Assembly: GCA_032718475.1 (NCBI GenBank)
Contig: JAUCBJ010006248.1
Location: forward strand, 8,759-72,758
Reading direction: 5' to 3'
Source: Nemertoderma westbladi
Lineage: Eukaryota; Animalia; Xenacoelomorpha
DNA: 64,000 nucleotides
Part shown: positions 1-13,724 of the stretch, piece after piece
Numbering within the stretch: position 1 is the stretch's first letter
Layout of the letters: each line of letters begins with the position of its first letter
Notes under the pieces: model-generated
Seen by the model: only the letters and a program-made list of their open reading frames with translations
Told to the model about the DNA's origin: nothing
The model's database searches: none
Position numbers and translations under genes: made by a program

Positions 1-120
1 TTTTTTTGCCTATATTTGAATTTACAAGCCTCTATTAGTAATGATTGAACCAATTTCCTTATCAATAATGCTTGGGTATTATTTATACATACATACATTA
101 TACTCACAGCGCATATACAT

Positions 121-460
121 TTTACTACTACTACTACTACTACTACTAGGATCGGCATGCTGCATTGCAGCTGCATTTTTAAGAATGCTCTGCCGGCTTA
201 TTGACTAAATTGCGCCGCCACAACTCCCTATCTCCCATGAAATTTGCTAGATCATCCGCATCTTCAAGGCCAGTGTCCTTTAAGATGTGTCTCAAGAAAG
301 TCATGGGCTGTCCACCATGCTTATTCACTCCATGAGGCTGCGAAAGCACATGATTATGCACTGGCTGGTCCTCACGGCGAAAGCAATGTCCTGCAAAGCG
401 GAGGCAACTTTGTTCTAATGTCAAGCTTGGGGAAACCAATGAGACACCTCCAATATACAT
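121..460 (-). mobile_element. 3' fragment of an RTE-like LINE with (TAG)n tail
   Basis: LRFAGHCFRR..GGQPMTFLRHILKDTG..DRELWR; near-identical copies at ~18240 and ~56600. Confidence 0.75.
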
Positions 461-679
461 TATATTGCATATACATTCACAGCGCTATAAAGCTATACAG
501 TTCACACTCAGCTTTGGAAATCCAAATTATACATTCAATCCGAATATAAACCATGAATATACCTATCTGATATTTTTTCACCTAAGTTAATATAATAAAT
601 TATCTATGACATCATAAATATATAACAATATTAAACGATTTCACAGAACGCAGATTCAACATTTCCTTGTTTCACATAG

Positions 680-832
680 GACATGCAAGTAGAGCAGTTC
701 TTTAACGAAGGGACCCAATGCAGTGCCTGTCTGGATGGCCGTGTCTGTCGGGATGGTTTGTGTGCGCTTCCTGATGAAGAGAGGGACCTGGTAGAAGAAT
801 TACCAAATTGCTCCAATGATGCACATCAAGAC
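680..832 (+). CDS. Paralogue 1 exon: Cys-rich hinge after CAP (CSACLDGRVCRDGLC)
   Basis: acatag|GAC...GAC|gtaagt, 153 nt, homologous to 53535-53687. Confidence 0.88.
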
Positions 833-3800
833 GTAAGTTTACAACTGTACAAGTTATTAAGTGTGGAAGGATTCTATATATCGCTCCGGGTTGTGTATCC
901 AGATCGTGTGGGTTTAAATTATATTTAATACAGATCGGGAGCTCCATGAAACCTATTATCGACATGTTATTTAAGGATGATTTATTAATTAGCACTCCAG
1001 TTATGTATGTGTATTACGTAAAAATATCTAACCCTGGGGTGTGCATTAGGGCTGTTCGTTTTTTACTTTTTTTTCGATTTCATTGTTCTACCGGTGCGAA
1101 AAAGTTGCCAAAGGGTAAAAAATCAAGGCAAATTTTTTTTTCTAAATTCCATCAATATCTTGACGGATCCCAAGGAGGTTGAAATTTTGAGCCTTCGCGA
1201 TGCACCACAATGAAATTTATAACAATATAACACATTGATGAAAGATCATTGACGCAAGAAAGAACTTCCTTCATGCATCAAATGGGTCCAAACTTAGTTA
1301 GATACCAAAATTTTAATTTTTGGATCATGGGAACTAGCGCCACCGGCACATGGCCAGAACCTACCCTTTGGTGCAAGTGACCCTTATTCCCGATTTTCGC
1401 GATGGACATCTTTTAGTTCTCCTATGGCATTAGCATTATGCTCATTAGAACCGCAATGACCGATTTAGTGCGGGTAGACACCAAGCAAAATAAGCGTATA
1501 GAGAATAGTTCTTGAGCTATTGCAGAAAATGTTAACTATGTTATGTTAAGTCTACATTACCACCTTGATGCGATATGAACAAATATACTAAAAATGTTAC
1601 TTCTAATTATCTTAAGACATGGACTTAACATTTTCTGCAATTTATCAAGAACTATTCGCTCTACACTTGTTTTGATGGTGTCTACCCCCACTAATTGCGG
1701 TTCTAATGAGCACACCATTAATGCCATAGGAGAAGTAAAAGTTGTCCATCGCGAAAATTGGTAATAAGAGTCACTTGCGCCAAAGGGTAGGTTCTGGCCA
1801 TGTGCCTGTGGCACTAGTTCCCTTGATCACAAAATCAAAATTTTGGTTTCTAACTAAATTTGGACACATTTTATAACATTTGATGCATGCAGGAAGTTCT
1901 TTATTGAGTCATTGATCGTTCATTAATGTGTTATATTGTTATTAAATTTCATTGTGGTGCATCTCGGGTTTGGGAGGTGGCTAGGTGACAGACGTATGCT
2001 AGGTTTACTAAGTACCGGTACCTGTAGGTCCATTTTACTTCCAAACCCCCACTATCAGACTTAGATTACTATTAACCGTCGTTGTTCCGTTGTTTGGTGA
2101 GCGATTACTCTATTTGAGTTGTCAAATATGCCCCCCAAACTTACTCTTGATGCAATCATGGATTCTCTATCTGCCTTAACCCTATTACCACTGCGGTGGG
2201 GGGGGGGGGCGATTCGGCCCACCCACTATATTTTTGTAATCGTCCAATGAAATCCTACAAAATTTGGGCTGTTGGAGAAACAACTATAGATGAACACTAC
2301 CAAACCTTAACAAGTTAAAATTTCATAAGCAGGGAATCATAATTTTGATGAAAAATAAAAGTAGTCCCAGGACAAAATTACAAAATTTTTCGTTTTCTGA
2401 AAGCTAATAGTGTGGCAGTGTTGGCTAGATTTAGTAGGTTTTTCAAGATATTCTAACTTTTACCGAAACTTTTGTAAAAAAAGATGATGCCATATTTAGA
2501 TTGTAGGGAAATAAAAAGAGGCGGGTCGGCAATTTTTGTAAATGAAAATTATGAAGTTAATCAAAGGCCTGACTTACGGGTCGAGGGTTTGGAAAACGTG
2601 TTTATTGAGATCAAATGCACAAGCAATGCAAAACCCTTAATTATTGGAACTATTTACAGAACTGGAGCAATTAAATTTGCATGTTTTTTAAACTCTTTAG
2701 TAGCAAATTTGTCAAAAACGTGTGAACTTATTGAAAAATATTTGCTAAGCACGTGAATATACAATTTTATTAAATTCCTTCGGTTTTCTCCAGTTAATAA
2801 CAACGGCTACTAGAAGAGTTGAAGGCTCAGACGATTCATTAATTGATCACATTATAACAAACATAACAACTTACTTTACAACCGCAGGCACAATCTTAGC
2901 TCAAATTGGTACATCGGATCACTTACCTCGCTTTTCAATTTATAGAAACTATTCTTGCCAATTTTCAGACCCAACACACTATACCATTTTTGATTACTCA
3001 AATTTTAAGGCCGATAAATTCATAAAAGATATTAAACTGGAAAGCTCTTGGTCTTACAAATCCAGTTTAATACCAGATAATGAAAAATTTTATAAATTTT
3101 ATGTAAATCTAGAAAACATTTGTTCGAATAGTGTAACCAAAAAAAAAATAAGTCAACGCAATTCCCCCAAAACACCCTGGATAACCACCTCTTTAATAAA
3201 ATGCTCCCGCAAGAAGAATACATTATACCGAAAATATTTAAAAAATCCCACAACAGAAAACTCAAATAAATTAAAACATATCGTAATGTGTACACCACAA
3301 ACTCACATTATTTTTTTACCTCATAAACACCCATTATAAAGTTCAGTTCGCAGTTTGTGGATAAATATGAATACGGATGTATGCAGTAGTATACTGGTGT
3401 TCTCCTTGGAACCAAAGACCACCCCGCAGAATGGCCCCATTTTTCTATAAAGACACAGAGTCAGTAGACAGAGTGCTGTTAACCTTTGTAGAAATACTAT
3501 GACCGACCTCTGTATTACTATCCGGGACCAAGGACTGTGTTGTCACATTGAAACAAACCATTGAGTCTGTAGCGGTGGTTGATGGTTGCATCTGTTACTT
3601 AGGTTTGGGCAAACTGATATTGGAATGGTAAGAAGGTTTCTAGGAATCTAAGTAAGAAGGAATGTAGGAACAGATGTAGGAATGTATGTAGTAAGTAGTG
3701 GATATAGGAACGGATCTAGGAACACATGTCATAACAGATTTATGATTGAAAGTAGGAATGGATGTTGTACCAGATTTTCTAGTAGATGTTGAAGCGGATG

Positions 3801-6800
3801 TAGGAATTGAAGCACGAATGAATGTAGAAGTGTATGTAGTAATGGACGTTGGATCAAATGTTTGAGAACAGTTATAGAAACATATGAAGACTTTTACTCA
3901 AACAACATTTTCTTTAACAAAATATTATTTTCTATTAAATCTACAATTTTTTTACACTATTTTGTAAATGATTGTTAATGACTATACATTATTTTTTTAA
4001 TTGTAGACTTCATTCATTGACACCATTCATCCCCACTAACAACCATCCCTCTGATAACCCACCATCTTTTAACTAACACCATTCAGCAAACCCACTAACA
4101 ACACCACCATCATCCCACCAACATCCCCCCTAATCCACGATCTTCTAACTGACACCTTTCTTTAATTAGATATATTTTATTTTGCGACAGACTGTATTTG
4201 AGTTGATTACCGGTACCATCATCTGTAATGACTTCTCTGACACCCACCTGGGAACCTTCAATTTCGTCCAATAAAATTTCAATATAGCATGCTGGTCATG
4301 TCATTGTTGGTTTGTTTGGTGTTTGGCACTTTAACATCTACTTTAAATCTCATATTCATAATTTGCGATTATCCACCCTCATAATGATTTGAAAATTCAG
4401 GTTTTGGAAGCTTCTAAACGCTGCAATGGACACTGCTCTCACTGTAGCAATGATGGTGGATCTATGACAGTTAATGAACGATGGTGTCAGGACGAAGAGG
4501 AATGTGATTGTGACCCATCTACTCATGTTGTCTGTAACGCTCACTACACACCAATATTATGTCGCCTAATATCAGATACTGATGCAAAATGCGGTTTGTG
4601 TTATTTCAATGAATAATTATATTTTAATTTTAATGAATAATTGGATAAATGTCTCTATCTAGTTTAAATGAAGTTGTAGAGCTGAGCTCTCGGTAACAAC
4701 AAAAAACAAAATGGGACCTGAAGGCTACAAAGATCACAATATTTATTGACGGCAAATTTGGAGGTTCCGTCCGCACATTTATTCATTGGATGGTGGTCTT
4801 GGTCACCATGTAGAGTGTTTGGGTAGACTTTTGTTTAATAATCTTGGATTCGTATATCAGATTCACATGTCCATGTGCAAAAAGACGAGGCATCATGGTC
4901 TGCATTAAATGTGTGAGAATATCTCCGAGAAGCATATAGTTGAGTCTGTTCTGCTTTTATTAACTTTATAAGGAAGCGCGTGCACTGAAAAAAAACAGAA
5001 CCCAAGTTATTTACTAATTTAAAATGCGGTTTATTTTATTTGGACTTACACTTTATATCCAGTGTTTTTTTTTATACAGAAACTGCCATTTTTTTGCAAA
5101 CGAAAACCCCAGGGTTTCTTAAAAGGCAAGAATACACAGTTAATATGAAAAAAGTGTGTTTTATAAAACATTAACCAGCAGTATCTCTTAAAGTGGTATA
5201 CTGGCATTTTAGCCTTTTTATCATAATAATATGTTGTTCATAGCTCATTTCATTAAAACCATTAATAAGACCATTAATTAATAAGATCTAGGTTGAAAAC
5301 CTGGGTTATTACATACAACCTACAGTTTTAATATACACAGTTGTTAGTACAAAACAATCGATGTATGCTTATATTCTTATACTGTAACATATAATGTAAA
5401 AAGTTCACTAGAAAGCCAGCAAGCTGGCTATAAGAAGACCGTCATAGACAATTAAAATGAAATAAACAGTCAGTATTGCAAAATAACAATTTCTGTGTTA
5501 AATTGTATTATAGTGCTCATCTGCGATTATAGTGATAACGTGGTTTATAGTGATCAGATTAAAATGGCCATCTTAAAGTAGTATATCGTTTAGCAGTACA
5601 TCAATATATAATAGAACACACATACAAATAATATTCGATTGTAAACAGTATTATCGCACATATAAGATGCAGTTCCAAAATCACCAAAAAATTCAACTGT
5701 TCTCGTTGCGTTCGTCATGTTTTGTATTTAAATATATTTCTTAAACGCAGACTGACGATCTTTATAATAATAATAACTAGGGATGCGATCAATATGTGAA
5801 GCCAGGTGGTTTATATAATAATATAGTCAACGCAGTACTCGTCTTCATTATATGCCTCGTTGCGCTCGTCGCTCGTCCCGTTTTGTCATCAAATATTTTT
5901 CTTAAACGCAGACTGACGACCTTTATACAGTTATAACTATGCGAAGTTTCGAAACTGTGCGAGTAACTGCTGATACATCTATGTGCAGATGAGTGTGATA
6001 CAACACCAACGCATTGTATGCCGATGTAGTAATATGGGTATTGAAATAATATTAAATCAATGTAAGCTCTTAAAGCTGCAGCGAAAAATTGTAGCTAATT
6101 TCCTAGGATACATAAAAAATAATAATTTTTACTACTTTGCAGGAATTCAATTAAAAAATAACCAGACAAATACATTGTGGAATAAACTATTTCAGATATA
6201 AGCCTACACAACAGCCATGCCATGGATAGTTATTATATTGATTGTTATTATATATGTCATTTACCTGAGATAGCAATACAACATTTATAGTACAGTGATA
6301 CAGGCAGGGTATGCATGGTGGGATTTAAAGAATGCTGTCTGGGCCGCAATAGCAATACTGCTGCCTATTACAGTACAATTACGTATGTCGCAGTGTCCGA
6401 GTGGATACGGGGCCTGAACTGCTTACACAATAGTGTTTGGTGGTGCAGGTTCGAATCCGACTAAAGGCTGTAGAAATTTCGCACTGTTGTTTCCCTAGGC
6501 AAGACACTTTAGATATTAGTACCTACGCCAACCCAGCGGTATAATGGGAACCTGGCTTTGCTGGGGTAATGATAATAAAAGCGCTTTGAGTATGCTGAGC
6601 GTAGAAAAGCGCTATATAAATAACTAATATTATAATATTATTACAGTACAATTCCCCTCTCTGGTTAGGCTACAGCAACAACTCCCAGCAGCTAGCAGCT
6701 CCACACCAGCAGAGACTATGTTGACCATCATCATCTATTTCTTCATTTTCTATCATCATCATTGAGTCTATGGCAATTTTCGAGTTATAAAGCTATATTT

Positions 6801-9800
6801 CGAAATAAAAAAAAGTCACTTTGATAATTATTTTCGAAACTTGAATTTCCACATCCTGGGGTTGAGCTGCGTCGATTGATATAACTTTCAATGACGGACG
6901 AACTATAGCTTCGGAGGAGTTCACCCGATATAGATAGATACATACATAGATCGTGAATACTTTCACAGTAAGAAGTCCTAACGGTCTTCTAATAAACACA
7001 GTTCAGCATCAAGCCATCCTAAAATCGAAAAAAGTACCAACCAATCCGAAAACAATCTTGAGAGTTCCTGGTCTGGTAGGGTTGGATTGATGAGAGTTGC
7101 TGCAATAGAGATAGAAAATCACGTTTGCTCATTCATGTTTGCTGTCATTATGGATCAACAACTGTCTTTATTGTTATTTGGACATGTCGATTGGCAGCTT
7201 TTTCCAAACTCCCATCCTCAAGCCCTGATGCATTATCAGAACTTATACCCTCACCACAGTATTCCCAATGGACTGGTCACAGCCATTTTTAATGGGTGAA
7301 CAATGTTTTTTTGCATGACATTCAGGCCGGCCCTCTTTTTCTTCCTGCAATTGGTAAACAACAGACTTAAACTTGAGATGTGTATGAGAAAAACATAATT
7401 ATGGATAAACGGAACACACAAATTTAGCGATAAAACCATCCTTGGATATATTGCATTCCTCAAGGAATCGAGAAATGGCCTTACTTACATTCAGCATGAA
7501 TCCCCCACCCCATAATGGAATCATTCCAAGCAAACACCAGTCAAATGACCGGAATGCATACTTTTTACCCGCTTCCCAAGTAATGTTCCTATCCATTTAA
7601 GTGACTTCCAGATTGACTTGAAGAATTGCACACTGCACCACTGGCCCATGTGAGGATTGAACCCACGACCTATGGGAGATGTGAATTCAATGCAACCACT
7701 ACACCAAGGTGGAACCTGTGTGTTAGTGGGGTTGTGTGTGCGTGTGTTTGTGTTAGTTAATGTTGTAGTTACAATACATGTGAAATGTTTTTTCTGCATA
7801 ACTGTTCCAGTCAGTAACAACCTATATTTTTTTCAAACAACAATTATTGGAAAATCATTTGTTATTCTGGAAAATTCTTTAACATTTACAGCTGATACCA
7901 GCAATAATATACTGTGATCTGTGCTATTTGGCTATTGATTCTCATTTATTGTTTTGGATAAGAATAAAAGATTGACCAAAATACCCAATAATGATGCATT
8001 ATTATGGTTTGAGTGTATGTGCGTTTATTTGGTAATCGATATATGATTCTCTGTCATTTTGTCCTAGGGTCCTAGTCCTCTTGATTAGGTCTTGCACCAT
8101 TCTCTCTGGGATAATATGTGGAACTTTTGTTATGTGTGTAAAAACCTCACGTTTACATTTCAGAATAATGTTGTAATGTAGTCTTTAGAAAGTAGAAGAT
8201 GGAATAGATCACATTTGCATTTTTATCATATTTTGTTTCAATATTATATCTTTCTTTTTTCACACAACATTAGATTGCCATGGTCTGTTTGATACGGTTA
8301 TGGAATGCAGTTCAGACATCGGAAGTCAAGATGTGTGTGCCTTATGTAATAATGGTATTGGTGAATGCCCTTCTGGTGAAGATGAAACTGAGCAATCTTG
8401 TAAACACCCAGGTAAGCAGGAAGTTATGTTTTGAGTGGGTGTGTTCTGGAAATGGTCTTTTATAAACGCTTTCAAATGTATAGAATATTACTTAAATTCC
8501 ATAAACCTTGTGCCTCTACCAAGAGGTGTGCTTCCAAGAATGCATATCTTGTAAACCTTCTCATCTGTATCATAATTGTGATCATTTGCTAATTGAAGCA
8601 TAATAGTATGACAGGTCATTTTAACATAAAATAATTAAATACCGGCGGATGAAATATATTGTTATCTATTTTAGAAAACCGATTTCCTACTGTGATGGAT
8701 ACTTTACTACACATGTTTATTTATAAATACCTAGGCAATGCCTATTTGGTCTGTACAAAACTATATATTCGGTTCACTAACTATGTAATAAATATTTTGA
8801 ATGAGTAGAGATATACTTTATATTTGAAATATTATCCTATACATTAATTAATTGTAAACAAATGGGAATGTGCCAGGATAAGCCTACCATCTATTTAGAT
8901 TTACTAAAAAAATATCAAGACTTTGTTCTCCCATATCAATGTTTAAAGACACTCTCTGGAAGGTGTAACTTGTAAGGCAGCACTTGGTGTTGATACTCAA
9001 AGTTTTACAAACTAAAGATGAGTGCGACAAGCTATAAACTATTTATTTTAATTATGCAGATGCTCAATGCGCCGATCTGGAAGATTTTGTAGATGACTGC
9101 GGAATTTGGGGCAACTTATTAGTACCGAGTGAATGCGAACGTAATCCCGTATATATGTACAATAATTGTGAAAGAACTTGCAGGGAGAGGGACGGTTCAT
9201 GCATTGGCGATGAGAATGGTAAATTCATAGAGTAACAAATTATTATAATTATTCTTGTTACGGGTAATAAGGCAGGGTGAAAAACTTTTTGTTTCCCCAT
9301 TATTGTAGGGAATGGGATTAAACGCTACGCCTAATAACTACACTTACACATACCAGTAGGCAGGTTAGTAAAGAAGCAGGTTACAGAGGAGGGTTGAGAA
9401 GGACCAAAACAAGCCTTCTTATACTATTTTTTAATTTAATTATAATTTTATAGTTTTATACTATACTATTTTCTAGAACCTTTGTGCAGCGACTTGGTGG
9501 ATTTAAATGGTGATTGTGATTTATGGGCTAATGTGTTTGAACCAAGTGAATGTGAACACAATCCAATATGGATGATGGACAATTGTGAGAAATCTTGTCT
9601 GATTGCAAGTGGAGGTTGCCAACTGGAAATTGTTGGTGAGTGTAAGGTGCAGCCGTTTTTATTCTTTAATTTTTATTTATTAATTATATGTATGTATACT
9701 ATGAGATGAATAAAATGTTTAAAATAAAATGATTTGTGTAAAAAAATACAATACATGAATGAAACTATTTACCAGTAAACACAGTATTATATATATTATT

Positions 9801-12800
9801 TTCTAAATATTATGTACAATTTGTAGGATGTGCTTGCAGCAGTTATGATATTCAGGATGTTGGCTATTGTCGAGGATTACAGATGAACCCTGCTACGGAT
9901 TGCAGTACCAACGTTGCTTGGATGCACTCACAATGTGCCAAAACTTGCGATTTATGTGATTGTAACTATGAAGGTTAGTATTGAATAAATTAACAAAACT
10001 GGCTGAAATATTGTTATATTACATTAGCAAAATATAAGATTTCACGAATTGTTAGATGGTGCCCTTTCCATACGCACTGTACATGTTTAGTCATAATTCG
10101 GTGGAATACATCTGTTAGTGCGGGTGTTTGAAAAAGGTAGACTGGATACAGAAAACATGGACAATGGACAGACAAATCAGAAATGTATTATGCAAAGCAG
10201 TTTGTAGCAATTGGTCTGTCCACCTTTTTCAAGTTTTGCTTTCTTAGTTGGGAATAAGATGTGTGTTTGAAAAAGGAGGACTGGACACATGCACAAAAAA
10301 CATAGATAATAGTCTGACCAATCAAAAACGTATTAAAGCAATGCTATTTATTGGTGATTGGACTGTCCACCTTTTTCAGGTTTCAATTATCTACCTATCA
10401 TGGGCATGCTGGAAGCAGCTGCATTAAGAATGCTGTCGGTGTCCTAGGCGTATCTACCCCCCCCCCCCGCGCAGATTGCCCCCCCTATAGACTTACAGTA
10501 TAATACTGTTCTAGTAGGTCTAGCGTACCCCTAGTCTTTAGCAACTTTACGAATCTTCAAAGACCAGTAATGATCATGCAATGTCTTTAGTATGTCTGCA
10601 AAGATCATAATGCATTGTAAACCTGTCAAGAACATAACATTATCTTGTTAAGATCATGAAAGACTGGAACCGGAAAGTGAACATTTTAAGTTATCTTATT
10701 CTCTTAATTTATCTTATGATGCATATGGACAACTTAAAAATCCTCTAGTAACATTACAAAGTTATGATATTTAAGTGTGTGCAAAAATGTACTATGTAGA
10801 TTTCATATCTGCAAAGATCATAACATGATCATAACAAGATCATCAAAGTTTTGAACGGAATGGCGCACCTATGTTCATGTCTTAAATTGTATTTTATGAA
10901 TGGTGCATGCAGTAATTGAAACATAAACTTGACATACAATGCCACCACTGGGAGCATGCGGTAAGGGAATAGTGGCTGAATGGGGTGGGGGGGTGATTGT
11001 GGAGAGAGAAAATAAGAAAATAACAGCACTTTAACTTGGATTTATTGGTTTATTTTTGTGGTTGGGTTAGTTGGTCAGGCCCAAACCCTAATTAAAACAG
11101 TCATTAACCCTATAACCTTAAAGTCCCGATGCTCTAATCTAAGAAATTTTGTGGAACTTAGGATCAAAAATATTTAAGGTTGGGGTTACATGACAGTTTT
11201 AATTAAGGTTTTGGGCCTCCATTTCCACTTTGAATTTGGGTTAGGGACCGCCACTCCCAAAATATGGGGACTTATTTACCTCCCTCGCTGCGCTCGGTCG
11301 TGTAATAACAGATCTCGGGATGAACGGTAAATAAAGCATATTATATTTCCCTCACAGTACAATAGGTGCCGGTAGTTATTATAATTAACTTTATGCTGTA
11401 ATGAGTTTGAATATTGACGTTCCAATATTGATGCTATCGCGTGGCTAGATAGATAGATATATTTATACATTATGTAAAAACAATAACAAATACACCAAAC
11501 AATGTACCGGTATAAAGGTATTGTCCAACATAACATATAGGATTACCCCTAAAGCTTTGCAGCTTATTTCCAAGGGGTCCTTTATGTTACTTTGTTACAA
11601 ATACAATATTACACTACGCTAACCTAAAACCAATATGAAACGTAATTACACTATGTACATGTACAACTTTACCAAGAGCGTGACAATGTAGACTCAACGA
11701 TAAAGATGTAATGTACAGAACAATTTATTATAAAACGTAATTACACTATGTACATGTACAACTTTACCGAGAGCGTGACAATGCCCGACTATTATGCCCT
11801 ATATTATTAAACTAGGCCTATTTCGACAACTTCGGTTGGTCACAGTAAGTATGGGATAATAATAATGTGCAAATCAATCTGATTGGTCAATTCATTGCCT
11901 GTCTTTCTCAACCCAGTCCACCTTTTTCAAACACACATCTTATTCCCAATTATGTAACTAAGAAAGCGAAACTTGAAAAAGGTGGACAGAGCAATTGCTA
12001 CAAACTGTTTTACATAATACGTTTCTGATTGGTCTCTCCGTTGTCCATGTTTTCTGTGTCCAGTCCACCTTTTTCAAACACCCATAATAATAACAATAAT
12101 AATCCATAAAATCCTTCTGAAATTTTTTGAAAAACGTGGACAGAGCTGCTATAATGTGCGAATCAATCTGATTGGTCAATTGGCATCATTGCCTGTTCTT
12201 TATTCTCAACCCAGTCCACCTTATTCAAATTTGAAAAAAGTGGACAACAAAGCTGAAAAAGGTGGACATGCTGAGTGACGCAAATCGCCCGTGATTGGTT
12301 TGTCCATTGTCCATGTTTTCTGTGTCCAGTCCACCTTTTTCAAACACCCCTGTTAGTGCTGTGTTTACAGATTATTGTCATCGGGTATCCTGGGGAAGGC
12401 TTTGTACAGCAACGTAAATGTAATACCTCAAAATACATCTAGCAGAAACACAATCGCAATGGTGTGATAATTAGGTCGGGGTCGTCGGAGTTTGATTATC
12501 ACAGTTTAGTCTTTTTAAGGCTGTATGGGCTGAATGCCATCTAACTACCGCCATAAGTGTCATTATGCATGGTACATACATGTATTATATAACATAACAT
12601 CCCTAAATACTGATTCCTTAAAGAACACAGACCTTTCTGGTCACCAATGCAAAAGGTGTTCCCAATGAAAGTTTTATTAATAATGTATAAAACCACTCAT
12701 TCACCCAAAACACCAATTATAAACCCAGAGATTTGGTTTCTTCGGCTCTTAGAACCCAGCATGGATTCCCCTATAGGAGTACTGATTCCACTGCTGCCCA

Positions 12801-13659
12801 AAATAATAGAACCTTGAGATTCCGATGTATTCTGTAGGACTTCCACACCCTGTCCGGAATATGTTGACCCTATATCAATGCATTTACAATTGTTTGCAGA
12901 TTGCGTAGATGACGAGGACGAAAACGGTGGTTGTGGTAACTGGGCTTCACAAGGTAAGTTGAGTCTATGGCGTAAAATGAAAAATTAATCTAATTAAATT
13001 AACTAATATTGGTATAATAAAGGTGCACGTTACACAAGTGGTGTTTTCTAACCAAAACAATAAACAAAAGATTATTTCACTTGCAGACCATGTGCAACAC
13101 TATCTGTATAAAGGCCCGTTCACTTCCCATGGAACGGTACACCGCGTGGTGTACCACAGGTGCAGCGGTACACTGCTGACTGTGAACGACCCAACTGGTA
13201 GTTGTGCGCTAAACCACGCGGTTTACCGCAGCACATTTGAACAATGTTAAACCAATTAATGTAATTTCCTGTTGAATTCACAATCAACAGACAGACAATC
13301 AGTTACCGCAACGGTACCGTTGGGTGTGAATGGGCTCCGGGTAGTGTACCGCTGGCTTACCGCTTCAATCCCGCCAGACTACTTTACCGCTCACGCACCG
13401 TTGGATGTGAACGGGGCTTTAGTTAACTAAATTTTGTGTGTAAAGCAACACGTTGCTGTCTGCTGGTTTTTCCTGCAAACGATCGGATTATGATAAAATG
13501 TTAACTGTATAAAATAACTTACATTATGGACTGTAATACTATTGTTTTCTTTTAGGACTTTGTGTGAGCAACCCGCAGTATATGAACGACGTGTGTCAGA
13601 CTTCGTGCCACACCTGCAATGCTTTGAAGGAGAAAAAATTGAATCAGGCCGAAAAATAA
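680..13659 (+). CDS. Paralogue 1 (3' part; CAP exons presumably upstream of window): Cys-rich linker + LDLa-like + 4 ShKT domains
   Basis: Exons 680-832, 4401-4593, 8274-8411, 9060-9218, 9477-9635, 9827-9973, 12900-12953, 13556-13659. All GT-AG with compatible phases and one open frame ending ..LNQAEK*. First three exons match exons 4-6 of paralogue 2 in length and sequence. Confidence 0.88.
1199..1963. mobile_element. Palindromic MITE/foldback (arms about 350 bp)
   Basis: gatgcaccacaatgaaattt.. is inverted at ..aaatttcattgtggtgcatc; shares the ggtagacacca motif with 13725-14230. Confidence 0.7.
2484..3300 (+). mobile_element. Degenerate CR1/L2-like LINE APE endonuclease fragment
   Basis: RGGSAIFV, IIGTIYR, SLIDHIITN, SDHLP, PWITT motifs across frameshifts. 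Confidence 0.75.
4401..4593 (+). CDS. Paralogue 1 exon: 9-Cys module
   Basis: ttcag|GTT...TGCG|gtttgt, 193 nt, homologous to 58393-58585. Confidence 0.87.
6381..6643 (+). mobile_element. tRNA-derived CORE-type SINE with L2-like tail
   Basis: A/B boxes (gtccgagtgg, ggttcgaatcc), ccctaggcaagacact core, aaagcgctatataaat tail, TSD cagtacaatt (6371-6380 and 6644-6653). Confidence 0.8.
7630..7715 (-). mobile_element. 5' fragment of tRNA-SINE family 2
   Basis: Reverse complement matches the head of 21446-21722. Confidence 0.65.
8274..8411 (+). CDS. Paralogue 1 exon: LDLa-like module (CALCNNGIGECPSGEDETEQSC)
   Basis: Phase 1-1 exon, 138 nt, 6 Cys and a CxxGxDE motif; homologous to 60618-60755. Confidence 0.87.
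9060..9218 (+). CDS. Paralogue 1 exon: ShKT domain 1
   Basis: CADLEDFVDDCGIWG..ECERNPVYMYNNCERTC..C; gcag|..|gtaaat. Confidence 0.87.
9477..9635 (+). CDS. Paralogue 1 exon: ShKT domain 2
   Basis: CSDLVDLNGDCDLWA..ECEHNPIWMMDNCEKSC..C; ctag|..|gtgagt. Confidence 0.88.
9827..9973 (+). CDS. Paralogue 1 exon: ShKT domain 3
   Basis: CSSYD..YCRG..DCSTNVAWMHSQCAKTCDLC; gtag|..|gttagt. Confidence 0.85.
10122..12349. mobile_element. Non-autonomous Mutator/foldback-like DNA transposon
   Basis: Modular long TIRs gggtgtttgaaaaagg../..cctttttcaaacaccc; TSD ctgttagtgc at 10112-10121 and 12350-12359. Confidence 0.8.
12730..12865 (-). mobile_element. Small RTE-like LINE fragment
   Basis: RVWKSYRIHRNLKVLLF..AAVESVLL resembles 18620-18700. 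Confidence 0.55.
12900..12953 (+). CDS. Paralogue 1 exon: ShKT domain 4, N-half
   Basis: DCVDDEDENGGCGNWASQ; gcag|..|gtaagt. Confidence 0.83.
13112..13418. mobile_element. PIF/Harbinger-like MITE
   Basis: TIR aggcccgttcac/gtgaacggggct flanked by TAA/TTA. Confidence 0.65.
13556..13659 (+). CDS. Paralogue 1 last coding exon: ShKT domain 4, C-half and stop
   Basis: GLCVSNPQYMNDVCQTSCHTC..*; tttag acceptor; AATAAA overlaps the stop. Confidence 0.85.
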
Positions 13660-13724
13660 AACTGTACATTGCACAAATTGTGGATTAAATAATTACGGAC
13701 TACTGCTAAATGTATTTACTACTG

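Noticed and set aside
6381-6480. Functional tRNA genes (also ~21450, ~58705, ~62450)
   Set aside because: A/B boxes run into SINE bodies and tails, and there is no proper cloverleaf.
680-8411. The two gene copies as uncollapsed haplotypes
   Set aside because: Exons 5-6 differ by about 10-13% and the introns are unalignable, which fits paralogy.
8460-9030. DIRS-like RT/RNaseH traces on the minus strand (YQHQVLPY, AHL..AQGLW)
   Set aside because: Too degraded to call without a profile search.
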